DNA of 33,110 nt from assembly GCA_018610095.1 (NCBI GenBank), contig JAHEOB010000104.1:1-33110 (forward strand). Reading direction: 5' to 3'. The DNA comes from Halothece sp. MAG (GTDB lineage Bacteria; Cyanobacteriota; Cyanobacteriia; Cyanobacteriales; Rubidibacteraceae). A model generated the notes under the pieces. The model searched no databases and was not told where the DNA came from. It worked only from the letters and a program-made list of their open reading frames with translations. Each line of letters begins with the position of its first letter. The first letter of the stretch is position 1. Of this stretch, positions 1 to 9,894 are shown in pieces. A program made the position numbers and the translations under genes.

Positions 1-779
1 ACAGGAAGGGTTTGTTCCCCCAAATATAAGGTTCCATTTTGATATTTGCCATGTACTAAATTCATGGGAGGACTTCCTAAAAAGCCTGCGACCATACGAT
101 TAGCAGGATTGGTATAAACCGCTTTCGGGGAACCAATTTGTTGAATTTTTCCATCATATAGAACCACCAACTGATCCGCTAAGGTCATTGCCTCCCCTTG
201 ATCGTGGGTGACATAGATGGTTGTAATGCCAAATTCTTGATGGAGACGCTTAAGTTCGGCGCGGGTTTCTTCTCGCAGTTGGGCATCTAAATTAGAAAGG
301 GGTTCATCTAATAAAAAGGCTTGCGGTTGTCGAATAATGGCACGTCCAAGGGCAACTCGTTGTTGTTGTCCACCAGACAGTTGTTTGGGTTTTCGTTGCA
401 GTAAGTGAGAAATCCCCAAGGATTGGGCAAGGGTGTGAACACGCTGTTCAATTTCCTTACGTTGGATTTTGCGCATTTTTAAGCCAAAGCCAAGATTTTC
501 GGCAACGGTCATGTGGGGATATAAGGCATAATTTTGAAACACCATCGCCACATCTCTTTCCCGCGCTGGTATCTGATTCACAAGGCAATCATTAAAGTAA
601 ATTTTGCCCTCACTAACCGCTTCTAATCCTGCAATGGTTCGCAATAGCGTGGATTTGCCACATCCGGATGGCCCCACTAACACACAAAATTGTCCGTCTT
701 CTACTTCAAAGGAAATATCTTCAATTGCACTGGTTGTTCCGTAACGGCAGGACACTTGTTGCAGTTGAACGTTTGCCAT
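1..779 (-). CDS. MalK/MsmX-type carbohydrate (possibly osmolyte) ABC transporter ATP-binding protein, runs off the window edge
   Basis: Absent from the ORF track; translated by hand from ATG at 779: MANVQLQQVSCRYG..., Walker A GPSGCGKST, VFQNYALYPHMTV, signature LSGGQQQRVALGRA, Walker B FLLDEPLSNLDA, H-loop YVTHDQ. Confidence 0.93.
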   Translation of the reverse strand, partial: MANVQLQQVSCRYGTTSAIEDISFEVEDGQFCVLVGPSGCGKSTLLRTIAGLEAVSEGKIYFNDCLVNQIPARERDVAMVFQNYALYPHMTVAENLGFGLKMRKIQRKEIEQRVHTLAQSLGISHLLQRKPKQLSGGQQQRVALGRAIIRQPQAFLLDEPLSNLDAQLREETRAELKRLHQEFGITTIYVTHDQGEAMTLADQLVVLYDGKIQQIGSPKAVYTNPANRMVAGFLGSPPMNLVHGKYQNGTLYLGEQTLP

Positions 780-814
780 TGTTGTGATTCGTTTTTGCTT
801 TCAACACAAAACTC

Positions 815-834
815 GGGTGGGCAAGTACCCACCC
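815..834 (-). terminator. GC-rich hairpin after chlH (terminator or REP-like)
   Basis: GGGTGGG-caagta-CCCACCC, 27 nt past the chlH stop; followed by GAGTTTTG on the minus strand. Confidence 0.6.
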
Positions 835-861
835 TAGTTAGAAATGACAGTTTAAATTTAA

Positions 862-3800
862 CTATTCCACTCCTTCAATGCGGTCTTCTGCTTCTTGGTA
901 CAATTCACGCAACCGTTCTAGGTTTTCTTCACTGGTTTCCCAATAGCCTCGTCCGTTGGCTTCCAACAAGGTGGTCACCATTTTGCGGAAGGAGTTGGGA
1001 TTAAGATTGAGTAACCGCTCCTGCATTTCTTTGTCTTTGATGAAGGTATCGTTGGCGTCTTCATAGACCCAGTTATCCACAGCGCCTGCAGTGGCACTCC
1101 AACCCATGGTATTGACCAGACGCTTGGATAATTCACGAACCCCTTCATAACCATGGCTTAGCATTCCTTCATACCATTTGGGGTTGAGCATTTTCGTCCG
1201 TGCATCGAGGCGGACAGTTTCCGATAAGCTACGCACTTGCGCGTTGGCTGTGGTGGTATCGGCAATGTAAGAAGCTGGTTTCTTACCATCTTGACGCAGA
1301 TCGCTGACGACTTTGGTGGGGTCAGAATCGAAATAGTGGGAAACGTCGCTGAGACTGATTTCAGAGGAATCTAAGTTTTGATAGGTAACATCAGCCGTTT
1401 TCAGGGAAGATTCAAAGATATTCCGATTTTCTTTCATAATGCCGGGATTATCGGAATCAAAGGCAAATGATTTCCGTTTGAGGAACATTTCCCGCAACTC
1501 AGACTCATCTTCCCAAGAACTGTTTTCCACCGCTAAGTTGACGTTGGAGGCATAGGAGCCCGAGGCATTGGAGAAAATCCGAGTCGCTGCTTGACGGAGG
1601 TTAATGCCGTTTTCTTCGGCTTGTTGTCTGGCGTGTTTCCGGACAAAGTTCCATTCTTCCGGTTCGTCAGCTTCCGCTGCCATTTTCACTGCTTGGTCTA
1701 ATAACGACATTTGATTAATGAACAAGTCACGGAAGACACCAGAACAGGTAACGACCACATCAATACGAGGACGACCCAGTTCTTCTAGGGGAATTAAGTT
1801 TACCTTGTTGATCCGTCCCAAGGAGTCAGGAACCGGTTTGGCACCAATTAAACAGAGAATTTGCGCCAGAGATTCGCCATAAGTCTTGATGTTATCGGTT
1901 CCCCAAAGCACCGAGGCAATGGTTTCGGGCAATTCTCCGCCATTTTCGGCGCGGTGGCGATCCAGCAGTTGGTCAACTACTAATTCTGCCGATTTAACCG
2001 CTGCTGCTGTCGGAATCGCTTGCGGATCTAAGGCGTGAATATTTTTGCCGGTGGGTAAGACATTGGGATTGCGAATGGGGTCGCCACCGGGTCCGGGCTT
2101 AATATATTCCCCTTCTAATCCCCGTAACAAGGAACCGAGTTCATTATCGGCAATCACTTGTTCTAAGCAATACTCCAGATAGTCAAACAAGGGCTTCATT
2201 TTCTCCCGATCAACCTTGGTATAACCGAGATCATGCAAGGTTTGGACCCAAGGTTCTTTCTTGCCCATGTTGAAGAAGTTGAGTTTGGAAACTTGAGAAA
2301 CGCGGCCGTTGGCATCGGCTTGGGCACGAACTAAGGCTGCTACTGCATCTTGTACTCCCCGGTTGATATCTTGCAACAGTTGGACATCGGCTAAAACGCC
2401 TTTGTTATTGTTGCGATAAATTTCGTCAATATCCCGTCCGATACTTTCGGCAATGATCCGGGGCAATCCATCAATTTCTTCTTCTTCACGATCCAGGGAG
2501 GCAATGTTAACCAAGGTAGCAATGGCTTCTTCAGACGTTGGGGGTTTGCCAACCACGTGCAAGCCACAAGGAAGCAGCCGAGAGGAAATGTCCATTAGTT
2601 CCTTGTATAGCAAGCCAACAAGCTGATCGCGCTCCTGTTGGTCCATTTCACTGGCATCTTTATCCGGAATGGTGACATCTTTATCCAGGTTCACCAACCG
2701 AGCTTGATCCATGATGCTATTCACGATTTGGGTGGCGCGACCGTTATCTTTTAGGTTTTGGTAAGACCCAATTAGGTTTTGCAATTCCTCTAACCCCTTA
2801 TAAAGTCCGGCGTTTTCTGCTGGCGGGGTAAGGTAGGAAATGGTTTGGGCATAACTGCGACGTTTGGCAATGGTGGCTTCGCTAGGGTTATTCGCCGCGT
2901 AGTAGTAGAGGTTGGGAATGCTGCCGATGAGACTGTCGGGATAACAGTCGCCAGACATGCCCATTTGTTTTCCGGGCATGAACTCTAGGGAACCGTGGGT
3001 ACCAAAGTGCAACACGGCATCTGCCCCCCAGACTTTTTCTAAGTAGGTATAGTAGGCTGCAAAACCATGGTGAGGAGAAGCAGACTGGGAGAACAACAGA
3101 CGCATGGGATCGCCTTCATAGCCAAAGGTGGGTTGCACGCCAATGAAGACGTTGCCAAAGTGCTTACCGTAGATGAGTAAGTTTTCACCGTCGCTATTGA
3201 GTTCTCCTGGTGGCGGACCCCAGTTTTCATGGAGTCGTTCTGAATAGGGAGTGAGTCGTTCGTATTCTGGCACCGACATCCGATAAGCAATATTTAACTC
3301 GGGACTGGCATATTGCGCTTGGGCATCGTGGAGTACCAATTCCATGAGTTTTTCCGGGGACTCGGGTAACTCCACATCATAGCCGTTGTTGCGCAGTGCT
3401 TGTAAGACTTCGTAGATGCTACTGAAAACATCTAGATAGGCAGCAGTGCCCACATTCCCTTTGTCCGGTGGGAAACTAAAGATGGTGATAGCAATTTTCT
3501 TGTCGAGTTTGGGCTTGCGACGGAGTTTTGCCCAGTTTAGAGCCCGTTGGGCGACTGATTCCACTCGATCTTGTAGCGCGATCGCGCGACCAGTTGCCCC
3601 ATCGCGACCCGAGAGAATAATGGGTTCAATTGCCCCGTCAAGTTCTGGAATGGCAACTTGTAACGCCACTTGAACTGGGTGTAACCCTAAATCACTGTCT
3701 TCCCATTCCTCAGTGGTTTGGAACACCAGAGGGAGGGCAACCATGTAGGGACGATTCAGCCGTTGCAGTGACTCAATTGCTTTGGGATGGTCTTGTCTTG

Positions 3801-4848
3801 CCGGCCCCCCAACTAGGGCAAATCCTGTTAAAGAGACCACCGCATCGACAATGGGTAAGGATTCGACCCCTTCAGTAGCACTATCCCAGAAAAATTCATC
3901 TACTGGTTTTGAAAAGTCTAATCCCCCTGCAAAAATGGGAATGACTCGTGCCCCCATGGCTTCCAGTTCCGAAACCACAGCCACATAATGGGCATCATCA
4001 CCAGTGATGAGGTGAGTCCGTTGTAATACTAAGCCAATACAGGGCGTGAGGGGATCTTTTAAATCATCTTTAATATCGGTGCGACTGTTATACCAGTTCA
4101 GATACTCTTTGACATCCTCAAACATTTTCGGAGCGAGGGGATGCCAAATCCCCATATCGGGATAAACGACGGGATCAGAATAAGTTATCTCATCCGCATT
4201 TTCTTTTTTCAGAATATATTTATCCGTCAGCATCAGCAGGAAGTTTTCCAAATTATCAGGAGACCCTCCTAGCCAATACTGGAACGACAACATGAAGTTG
4301 CGGGCATCTTGGGCTTTATCTAACGGTAAATATTTTAGAACTTTCGGCAAGGTTTGCAGGAGTTTTAACATCCCATCTTGAAACGAGGCCCCCTGCTTGT
4401 CCTTGCGTTTTTTCATAAACTGCGCGATCGCGCTTTTGCTTTGCCCCAGCTGCGCCATGGAGAAACTGCCTAATTTATTGAGGCGCATCACTTGAGGCAT
4501 GGAGGGGAAAACAATCGCTGCATCCAGTTGATCCCGGCAAGGTTGAACCGCTTCAACGACTTTTTCCGCTAAATCTTCAATGAAAATTAAGGAGCCAATA
4601 AACAAGTTGGCTTGAGCCACATCTTCCTTAAATTGTTCATAATTGTCCGAATCACGGAGTTCTTCAATCAAATAACCGCTAATGTCAATAGCAATTTCCG
4701 AGTTATTAGCATTAATCGAGCGTACTGCTGCGGTTAGTGCACTTTGGTATTGAGGCTCAAGCACGACATAGACCACCTTAATCAGGGAACGACCATTGAG
4801 ATGATCCGGTTCGATGTGGCGAATGGTGGACTTGACCTGTGTGAACAT
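862..4848 (-). CDS. chlH: Magnesium chelatase subunit H
   Basis: 1328 aa; N-terminal [49 protein letters not shown] motifs of ChlH. Confidence 0.98.
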   Translation of the reverse strand: MFTQVKSTIRHIEPDHLNGRSLIKVVYVVLEPQYQSALTAAVRSINANNSEIAIDISGYLIEELRDSDNYEQFKEDVAQANLFIGSLIFIEDLAEKVVEAVQPCRDQLDAAIVFPSMPQVMRLNKLGSFSMAQLGQSKSAIAQFMKKRKDKQGASFQDGMLKLLQTLPKVLKYLPLDKAQDARNFMLSFQYWLGGSPDNLENFLLMLTDKYILKKENADEITYSDPVVYPDMGIWHPLAPKMFEDVKEYLNWYNSRTDIKDDLKDPLTPCIGLVLQRTHLITGDDAHYVAVVSELEAMGARVIPIFAGGLDFSKPVDEFFWDSATEGVESLPIVDAVVSLTGFALVGGPARQDHPKAIESLQRLNRPYMVALPLVFQTTEEWEDSDLGLHPVQVALQVAIPELDGAIEPIILSGRDGATGRAIALQDRVESVAQRALNWAKLRRKPKLDKKIAITIFSFPPDKGNVGTAAYLDVFSSIYEVLQALRNNGYDVELPESPEKLMELVLHDAQAQYASPELNIAYRMSVPEYERLTPYSERLHENWGPPPGELNSDGENLLIYGKHFGNVFIGVQPTFGYEGDPMRLLFSQSASPHHGFAAYYTYLEKVWGADAVLHFGTHGSLEFMPGKQMGMSGDCYPDSLIGSIPNLYYYAANNPSEATIAKRRSYAQTISYLTPPAENAGLYKGLEELQNLIGSYQNLKDNGRATQIVNSIMDQARLVNLDKDVTIPDKDASEMDQQERDQLVGLLYKELMDISSRLLPCGLHVVGKPPTSEEAIATLVNIASLDREEEEIDGLPRIIAESIGRDIDEIYRNNNKGVLADVQLLQDINRGVQDAVAALVRAQADANGRVSQVSKLNFFNMGKKEPWVQTLHDLGYTKVDREKMKPLFDYLEYCLEQVIADNELGSLLRGLEGEYIKPGPGGDPIRNPNVLPTGKNIHALDPQAIPTAAAVKSAELVVDQLLDRHRAENGGELPETIASVLWGTDNIKTYGESLAQILCLIGAKPVPDSLGRINKVNLIPLEELGRPRIDVVVTCSGVFRDLFINQMSLLDQAVKMAAEADEPEEWNFVRKHARQQAEENGINLRQAATRIFSNASGSYASNVNLAVENSSWEDESELREMFLKRKSFAFDSDNPGIMKENRNIFESSLKTADVTYQNLDSSEISLSDVSHYFDSDPTKVVSDLRQDGKKPASYIADTTTANAQVRSLSETVRLDARTKMLNPKWYEGMLSHGYEGVRELSKRLVNTMGWSATAGAVDNWVYEDANDTFIKDKEMQERLLNLNPNSFRKMVTTLLEANGRGYWETSEENLERLRELYQEAEDRIEGVE

Positions 4849-5027
4849 TCAGACTTTCTCCTTCAATGAGCAATCACTTCTTCAGCACTGACGGTAGGGC
4901 AAATAATGGAAATCAATGCTATCTTGCTTTAAGCCGTGCCCATTTGTTTTTTGTATCAGAAATTGCCTTGCTAAGCGAGGAATTTCACCGAATTTGACAT
5001 AATTTGATAAAAAAATATATCAAGTTC

Positions 5028-5045
5028 TTAACATTACTTTACATA
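5028..5045 (+). promoter_or_regulatory. HLR1-like direct repeat (candidate RpaB site) between divergent chlH and hemL
   Basis: TTAACATT-ac-TTTACATA resembles the (G/T)TTACA(T/A)(T/A)-N2 repeat with one mismatch. Confidence 0.5.
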
Positions 5046-5151
5046 CGATTCGTAATTCCTCAAAATAAATTAAATTTTCTTTACTGCAAACCCATGAAAC
5101 CTAGCATTTGATTAGGATAAAAATAAACTAGAACCCATCGCTGCGGGTAAT

Positions 5152-5324
5152 ATTTTGAAATTAGGTCTGGCTACGGTGAGGCAGTCGAGAGTTACGCTTG
5201 CCGAGATTTTGCCTATACTTTGGTTGGTAGCAACGATTACCAGTCAGCGAAAGCAGAATCGTCTGCCAAACAAGGCTTGGTTAACCAAAACTCCCCTTGC
5301 TTTTAGGAACTGGGAGTGTCAAAA
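5152..5324 (+). ncRNA. Candidate structured RNA or long structured hemL leader, family unassigned
   Basis: Stem 5218-5238 pairs with 5257-5275 (18 pairs, some G-U), with weaker outer pairing; TAATAT -10-like box at 5148-5153. Confidence 0.35.
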
Positions 5325-5366
5325 TTTTCTGTTACTGCTATAGAGTGATTAATAAGGAGTCATACC

Positions 5367-6668
5367 TTGACCTCACAAACTGCATTTAAAACGACCCAAT
5401 CAGAAGAAATATTTAGCACTGCCCAAAAATTAATGCCTGGCGGCGTTAACTCCCCCGTTCGTGCCTTTAAATCGATCAACGGGCAACCCATTGTCTTTGA
5501 TAAAGTAGAAGGCTCTCGTGCTTGGGATGTCGATGGCAACGAATACATTGACTATGTAGGAACTTGGGGCCCTGCCATTTGTGGTCACGCCCATCCTGAA
5601 GTCATCAATGCTCTCCATGAAGCACTTAATAAAGGCACTAGCTTTGGCACCCCCTCGGTACAGGAAAATCTTCTGGCAGAGATGGTCATCAATGCCGTTC
5701 CCAGCATTGAAATGGTGCGCTTTGTTAATTCCGGTACGGAAGCCTGCATGACAGCGTTACGAGTAATGCGGGCTTATACCGGTCGTGATAAAATTGTTAA
5801 GTTTCAAGGCAACTATCACGGCCATGCCGATATGCTATTGGTGCAAGCTGGTTCAGGGGTGGCAACTTTAGGACTTCCTGATTCCCCAGGCGTTCCCAAA
5901 TCCACAACCAGTAGTACCCTCACGGCTCCCTATAATGATTTAGAGGCTGTGAAAAAACTCTTTGAAGAACATGGCAACGACATTGCTGGGATTATGTTAG
6001 AGCCAGTGGTAGGCAATTCTGGTTTTATTGCCCCTGATGCTGGCTTTTTAGAAGGGTTACGCGAAATTACGAAAGAATATGGAGCGTTACTAGCCTTTGA
6101 TGAAGTAATGACAGGCTTCCGCATTGCCTATGGTGGTGCCCAAGAACGGTTTGGCATTACCCCCGATGTTACCACCTTAGGTAAAATTATTGGCGGTGGC
6201 TTACCTGTGGGAGCCTTGGGAGCAAGCAAAGAAATTATGGAAATGATTGCTCCTGCCGGTCCCATGTATCAGTCTGGAACGTTATCTGGGAATCCTTTGG
6301 CAATGACTGCCGGCATTAAAACCCTAGAGTTATTGCAGCGTCCTGGGGTTTATGAGCAACTGGAACAAAGAACCCAAAAGCTAACCAATGGCTTAAAAGA
6401 AATTGCTCAAAAACACGGTCATGCCGTTCAAATTGGTCAAATTAGCGCCATGTTTGGTGTCTTTTTTACTGACCGTCCCATTCACAACTTTGATGATGCC
6501 AAAACCTCTGATGTGGATAAATTCGCCCGCTATCACCGTGGTATGTTAGAGCGAGGCATTTATCTGGCACCTTCGCAATTTGAAGCTGCCTTTACTTCTT
6601 TGGCTCACAGTGAAGAGGATATTGATAAAACCCTCGAAGCAGCAGAGGAAGTAATGGCTTCCCTCTAA
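5367..6668 (+). CDS. hemL: Glutamate-1-semialdehyde 2,1-aminomutase
   Basis: [32 protein letters not shown] lysine in [11 protein letters not shown]; TTG start with SD AAGGAG at 5354-5359. Confidence 0.98.
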   Translation: MTSQTAFKTTQSEEIFSTAQKLMPGGVNSPVRAFKSINGQPIVFDKVEGSRAWDVDGNEYIDYVGTWGPAICGHAHPEVINALHEALNKGTSFGTPSVQENLLAEMVINAVPSIEMVRFVNSGTEACMTALRVMRAYTGRDKIVKFQGNYHGHADMLLVQAGSGVATLGLPDSPGVPKSTTSSTLTAPYNDLEAVKKLFEEHGNDIAGIMLEPVVGNSGFIAPDAGFLEGLREITKEYGALLAFDEVMTGFRIAYGGAQERFGITPDVTTLGKIIGGGLPVGALGASKEIMEMIAPAGPMYQSGTLSGNPLAMTAGIKTLELLQRPGVYEQLEQRTQKLTNGLKEIAQKHGHAVQIGQISAMFGVFFTDRPIHNFDDAKTSDVDKFARYHRGMLERGIYLAPSQFEAAFTSLAHSEEDIDKTLEAAEEVMASL

Positions 6669-6675
6669 CACGTTT

Positions 6676-6710
6676 CTGGTAGGGTGCAGCAATGAATATG
6701 CACCCTCCAG
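6676..6710. terminator. Hairpin between convergent hemL and the DUF4278 gene (REP-like or bidirectional terminator)
   Basis: CTGG-t-AGGGTGCA ... TGCACCCT-CCAG inverted repeat. Confidence 0.6.
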
Positions 6711-6718
6711 TGTTCTGG

Positions 6719-7120
6719 CTAATGAATTGCCAGTTCTTGGAATTCCTGCTCTAGCATGGCAACTAATTCTTCATTACCTTGCTGTTTCGCTACTGAGATA
6801 CGACGTTCTAAGTTGCGACGGATATTGTCTAAATGAGCAGGTTCGACAGTGGTTTCTGTACTGGCATAAATGGGAGCTTGCAAATGATCCTGTTCAACTT
6901 CAATGGGAAGCTGTCTAGATTGAGTGGGTGGGGTTGCTACACACTTGTTATAGCTTACTCCTCGATACTTTAAGGAGCGTTTCGGTTGTGGTTTTGGAAT
7001 ATGGCGAGGATAGTGATAATGCCAAGGTTGTCCTCTAAAGGTTCCTGCAACTTCTCCTTCTGTTACATCAATGAAGGTGGTGTCTGGTTCGTAGTTAATG
7101 CCACGATAAGTTAATTTCAT
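6719..7120 (-). CDS. DUF4278 domain protein with PirA-like C-terminal helix
   Basis: MKLTYRG, GTFRGQPW and LKYRGVSY are DUF4278-type motifs; C-terminus HLDNIRRNLERRISVAKQQGNEELVAMLEQE; SD AAGGAG upstream. Confidence 0.85.
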   Translation of the reverse strand: MKLTYRGINYEPDTTFIDVTEGEVAGTFRGQPWHYHYPRHIPKPQPKRSLKYRGVSYNKCVATPPTQSRQLPIEVEQDHLQAPIYASTETTVEPAHLDNIRRNLERRISVAKQQGNEELVAMLEQEFQELAIH

Positions 7121-7207
7121 GGTTTCTCCTTATTTGACTGTTAGAAAACAGCGCAGCATTAAGACTCAATCAAGGGATTCTTTGCTACTGCCGAGTTTAC
7201 ATTTCTA

Positions 7208-7240
7208 ATTATAATTTTTATTTCTGTAAAATATGTTACA
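7208..7240 (-). promoter_or_regulatory. NtcA binding site plus -10 box of the DUF4278 gene
   Basis: TGTA-N8-TACA at 7225-7240 (minus strand TGTAACATATTTTACA); perfect TATAAT at 7213-7208, 12 nt after the TAC. Confidence 0.8.
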
Positions 7241-7263
7241 AACTTGTAATTTTTAATTTAAAT

Positions 7264-8115
7264 TTAATTCCGCCAAATGGCATCTGCTACTTGACAGACA
7301 TCTTTCATTTCTGCAACATCATGTACTCGCAGGATATCAGCCCCTTGCGCGATCGCGCCACAACAAGTCGCAGCGGTTCCCCAGACGCGTTTTTTGGGAT
7401 CACTTTGATTTAAGATTGTTCCAATAAAGCGTTTGCGAGAGGTTCCTACTAAAAGCGGAACTTGTAAGGATTGAAACTCACTGAGATTCCGTAGCAGCTC
7501 TAAATTTTGCTCCGGGGTTTTTCCAAAGCCAATGCCAGGATCAATAATAATGCGCGATCGCGCAATTCCTGCTTGTTGTGCGACACGAATGCGCTCTTGC
7601 AAAACTTCATAAATCTCCCCGATCAAATCGTCATAATCCGTTAACTGCTGCATGGTTTCTGGGGTTCCCCGAATGTGCATTAACACGATAGGAATCCCCA
7701 ACTCTGCCACTGTGGGTAACATTTCTGGGTCAAACCGACCCCCAGAGATATCATTAACCAAATCCGCCCCGGCTGCAATGGCTTGTTGCGCGATCGCGGA
7801 TCGAGTGGTATCCACCGAGATCGGAACATTTAATTCTTTACGAATCGCTTTAATAATGGGAATAACCCGCTCTAGTTCTGTTTCCAGTGCAATGGGTTTT
7901 GCCCCAGGACGAGTGGATTGCCCCCCGACATCTAAAATATCAGCCCCAGCGGTGACAAAGTCTCGTGCCCGATTTAGAGCAGCATCTAACTGATTATAAT
8001 CTCCCCCATCACTAAAACTATCAGGCGTAATATTTAAAACCCCCATTAAATAGGTTTGTTTCCCCCAAACAAAAGATTGATCTCGAATGGTTAAGGTGTG
8101 TGGTGTTGTTGTCAT
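7264..8115 (-). CDS. folP: Dihydropteroate synthase
   Basis: MGVLNITPDSFSDGG, DVGGQSTRPGA, IDPGIGFGK, GTSRKRF, RVHDV. Confidence 0.97.
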   Translation of the reverse strand: MTTTPHTLTIRDQSFVWGKQTYLMGVLNITPDSFSDGGDYNQLDAALNRARDFVTAGADILDVGGQSTRPGAKPIALETELERVIPIIKAIRKELNVPISVDTTRSAIAQQAIAAGADLVNDISGGRFDPEMLPTVAELGIPIVLMHIRGTPETMQQLTDYDDLIGEIYEVLQERIRVAQQAGIARSRIIIDPGIGFGKTPEQNLELLRNLSEFQSLQVPLLVGTSRKRFIGTILNQSDPKKRVWGTAATCCGAIAQGADILRVHDVAEMKDVCQVADAIWRN

Positions 8116-8161
8116 ATAACAAAAATCAATTCGTATTAGAATCGGAAGCGCGATCGCAAAA

Positions 8162-9052
8162 TTAGAAATTTAATCGAACAGCCTCTAAAAATTGTTGAGA
8201 AATAAATGGTAATAACTCACGGTTTGGGGGGGATGGAGAACGTTTTGTGAAGACAACTAGCAAATAGGGGGCAACATTGGGAACTTCAATATAAGCGCTG
8301 TCATGGCGAACTTCACTTGTCCAACCCGCTTTTGACCATAATTTTGCCTCAGAAGGGAGTGCTTCTCCCAAAAAGCCTGTAATTTGATTTTCTTCTCCCA
8401 TTTCGAGAGTGGCAGGAGGGGGTAACTGGCGAGAGAGTAAATCCATCATGGCTTGCGATCGCGCAACAGAAACCATATCCCCCATAATAATATGATGAAA
8501 TAGTCTTGCAACGGCATTGCTGGTTAGCCGATTACGATTCTGGAAAGATTCTCCCACAAATGCTCGTTCCCGCCCATAAGGACCATCTCCCCATGTTTTT
8601 TGATTAACGTTAATCGGTTCTAATTCTTTCCAACGTAACGATTGAAAATAACGGTTCACTAAATTTCGTTGTGATTGCCAAGTTAGAAAAGCATTACGGG
8701 ATAACTCTGGGCCACTGGTGGTTCCGGTTAAGACATCTACCACTAAACTAGTGGCATCATTACTAGAATCGACAATCATATCATGGATGGCGCGATCGCG
8801 CTCGGGAGAAGAGAGAATAATCCCTCGTTTTAACCATTCTTGGATGGTTACCAGATAGAATAATTTGACAATACTGGCAGGATAAAAAATCTGTCCGCCG
8901 CGATAATGAAATCCTCGCAAAGTCGAATCATAGACTAACCATGTTAAAGCGATTTGTTTGGCATCTAATTCCGGAAAATTCTGCCAAACGGTTTCTAATA
9001 TTTGCCAAGCAATTTGTCTCAGTTGTCGATCTTGGTAATAAAACAATCTCAC
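8162..9052 (-). CDS. Class A beta-lactamase-like serine hydrolase (cyanobacterial PBP-like)
   Basis: SxxK (PASIVK), SxN (DSSNDA) and K-[T/A]-G (SKAGW) motifs in the expected order. Confidence 0.85.
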   Translation of the reverse strand: MRLFYYQDRQLRQIAWQILETVWQNFPELDAKQIALTWLVYDSTLRGFHYRGGQIFYPASIVKLFYLVTIQEWLKRGIILSSPERDRAIHDMIVDSSNDATSLVVDVLTGTTSGPELSRNAFLTWQSQRNLVNRYFQSLRWKELEPINVNQKTWGDGPYGRERAFVGESFQNRNRLTSNAVARLFHHIIMGDMVSVARSQAMMDLLSRQLPPPATLEMGEENQITGFLGEALPSEAKLWSKAGWTSEVRHDSAYIEVPNVAPYLLVVFTKRSPSPPNRELLPFISQQFLEAVRLNF

Positions 9053-9083
9053 TCCTTGTTAACCGTTACCACTGTCCTATCAG

Positions 9084-9746
9084 TTAGCTGACTACAGCCG
9101 TTTCAGGTTGTGTTTGTAGCGTTTCTCGGATTGCCTGACAATAGTGAGCAATATTCCCGCGATTGAGACGGTAGCTTAAAGGATTGGCAATGAGGTGAGC
9201 GGTACTTTCAAACAGTCGTTCAATTTCCACTAATCCATTTTCCCGTAACGTCCGCCCTGTGGAGACTAAATCCACAATCGCTTCTGACATGCCAGTAATC
9301 GGCCCTAATTCCACTGAACCATAAAGGGAAACAATTTCCACAGGGAGGTCTAATTCATGAAAATGTTCTCGGGCACAGTGAACAAATTTTGAGGCAACTC
9401 GGGCATGGGCTGGTAAATCCAGCGATCGCTGATAGCCACTATCCGCTTTAACGGCAACAGAAAGGCGACAATACCCAAATCCTAAATCCTCTAAATCAGC
9501 AACTTTAGGCCCTTTTTCTCGCAAAACATCATAGCCCACAATGCCCATTTGGGCTTGGCCATATTCCACATAAACGGGAACATCTAATGCTCGCACTAAC
9601 AATGCCCTTGCTGTGTTAGTGGGATCAACAATTTGCAGGGAACGATTATTGGGATCATTGAGGGCACTAAAATCAAGACCAATTTGTTGGAATAAACGGA
9701 TACTCTCCTCTAATAAAGCCCCTTTTGGTAGCGCAACGGTAATCAT
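9084..9746 (-). CDS. hisG: ATP phosphoribosyltransferase, short (HisZ-dependent) form
   Basis: [43 protein letters not shown]; ~220 aa with no C-terminal regulatory domain. Start moved from the track's 9788 to ATG 9746. Confidence 0.95.
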   Translation of the reverse strand: MITVALPKGALLEESIRLFQQIGLDFSALNDPNNRSLQIVDPTNTARALLVRALDVPVYVEYGQAQMGIVGYDVLREKGPKVADLEDLGFGYCRLSVAVKADSGYQRSLDLPAHARVASKFVHCAREHFHELDLPVEIVSLYGSVELGPITGMSEAIVDLVSTGRTLRENGLVEIERLFESTAHLIANPLSYRLNRGNIAHYCQAIRETLQTQPETAVVS

Positions 9747-9894
9747 TTTTTTTTTCTCTTTAAATTTACTGGTTTGGCTATCCTGCAATTTCTTGCTGGG
9801 TTCCCCATTCGTTTTAATGGTTTCCTTTTACCCCATCAGTGTATGGCAAGCCGGCAAGCTATCCTATCATAATGCAGTGCATCTTATACCCCAA

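Noticed and set aside
690-1004. 104-aa plus-strand ORF, and the other short ORFs antisense or out of frame within chlH, hemL, folP, hisG, ruvB, hisF, clpX, clpP, tig, asd, rnj, pyk, gcvP, plsY, pgsA and PfpI
   Set aside because: Shadow ORFs overlapping well-supported genes, with no recognisable motifs.
5239-5256. SRP (4.5S) RNA, suggested by CAG...GAAA.GCAG
   Set aside because: Lacks the CAGG-NNN-GNRA-NNN-AGCAG symmetric loop geometry of SRP helix 8.
5155-5343. 62-aa ORF upstream of hemL
   Set aside because: TTG start without an SD and no protein-like features; the region is better explained as structured RNA. A leader peptide cannot be fully excluded.
9746-9755. A10 run at the hisG start as a phase-variation tract
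   Set aside because: Lies upstream of and includes the probable ATG, so slippage would not frameshift this essential gene.
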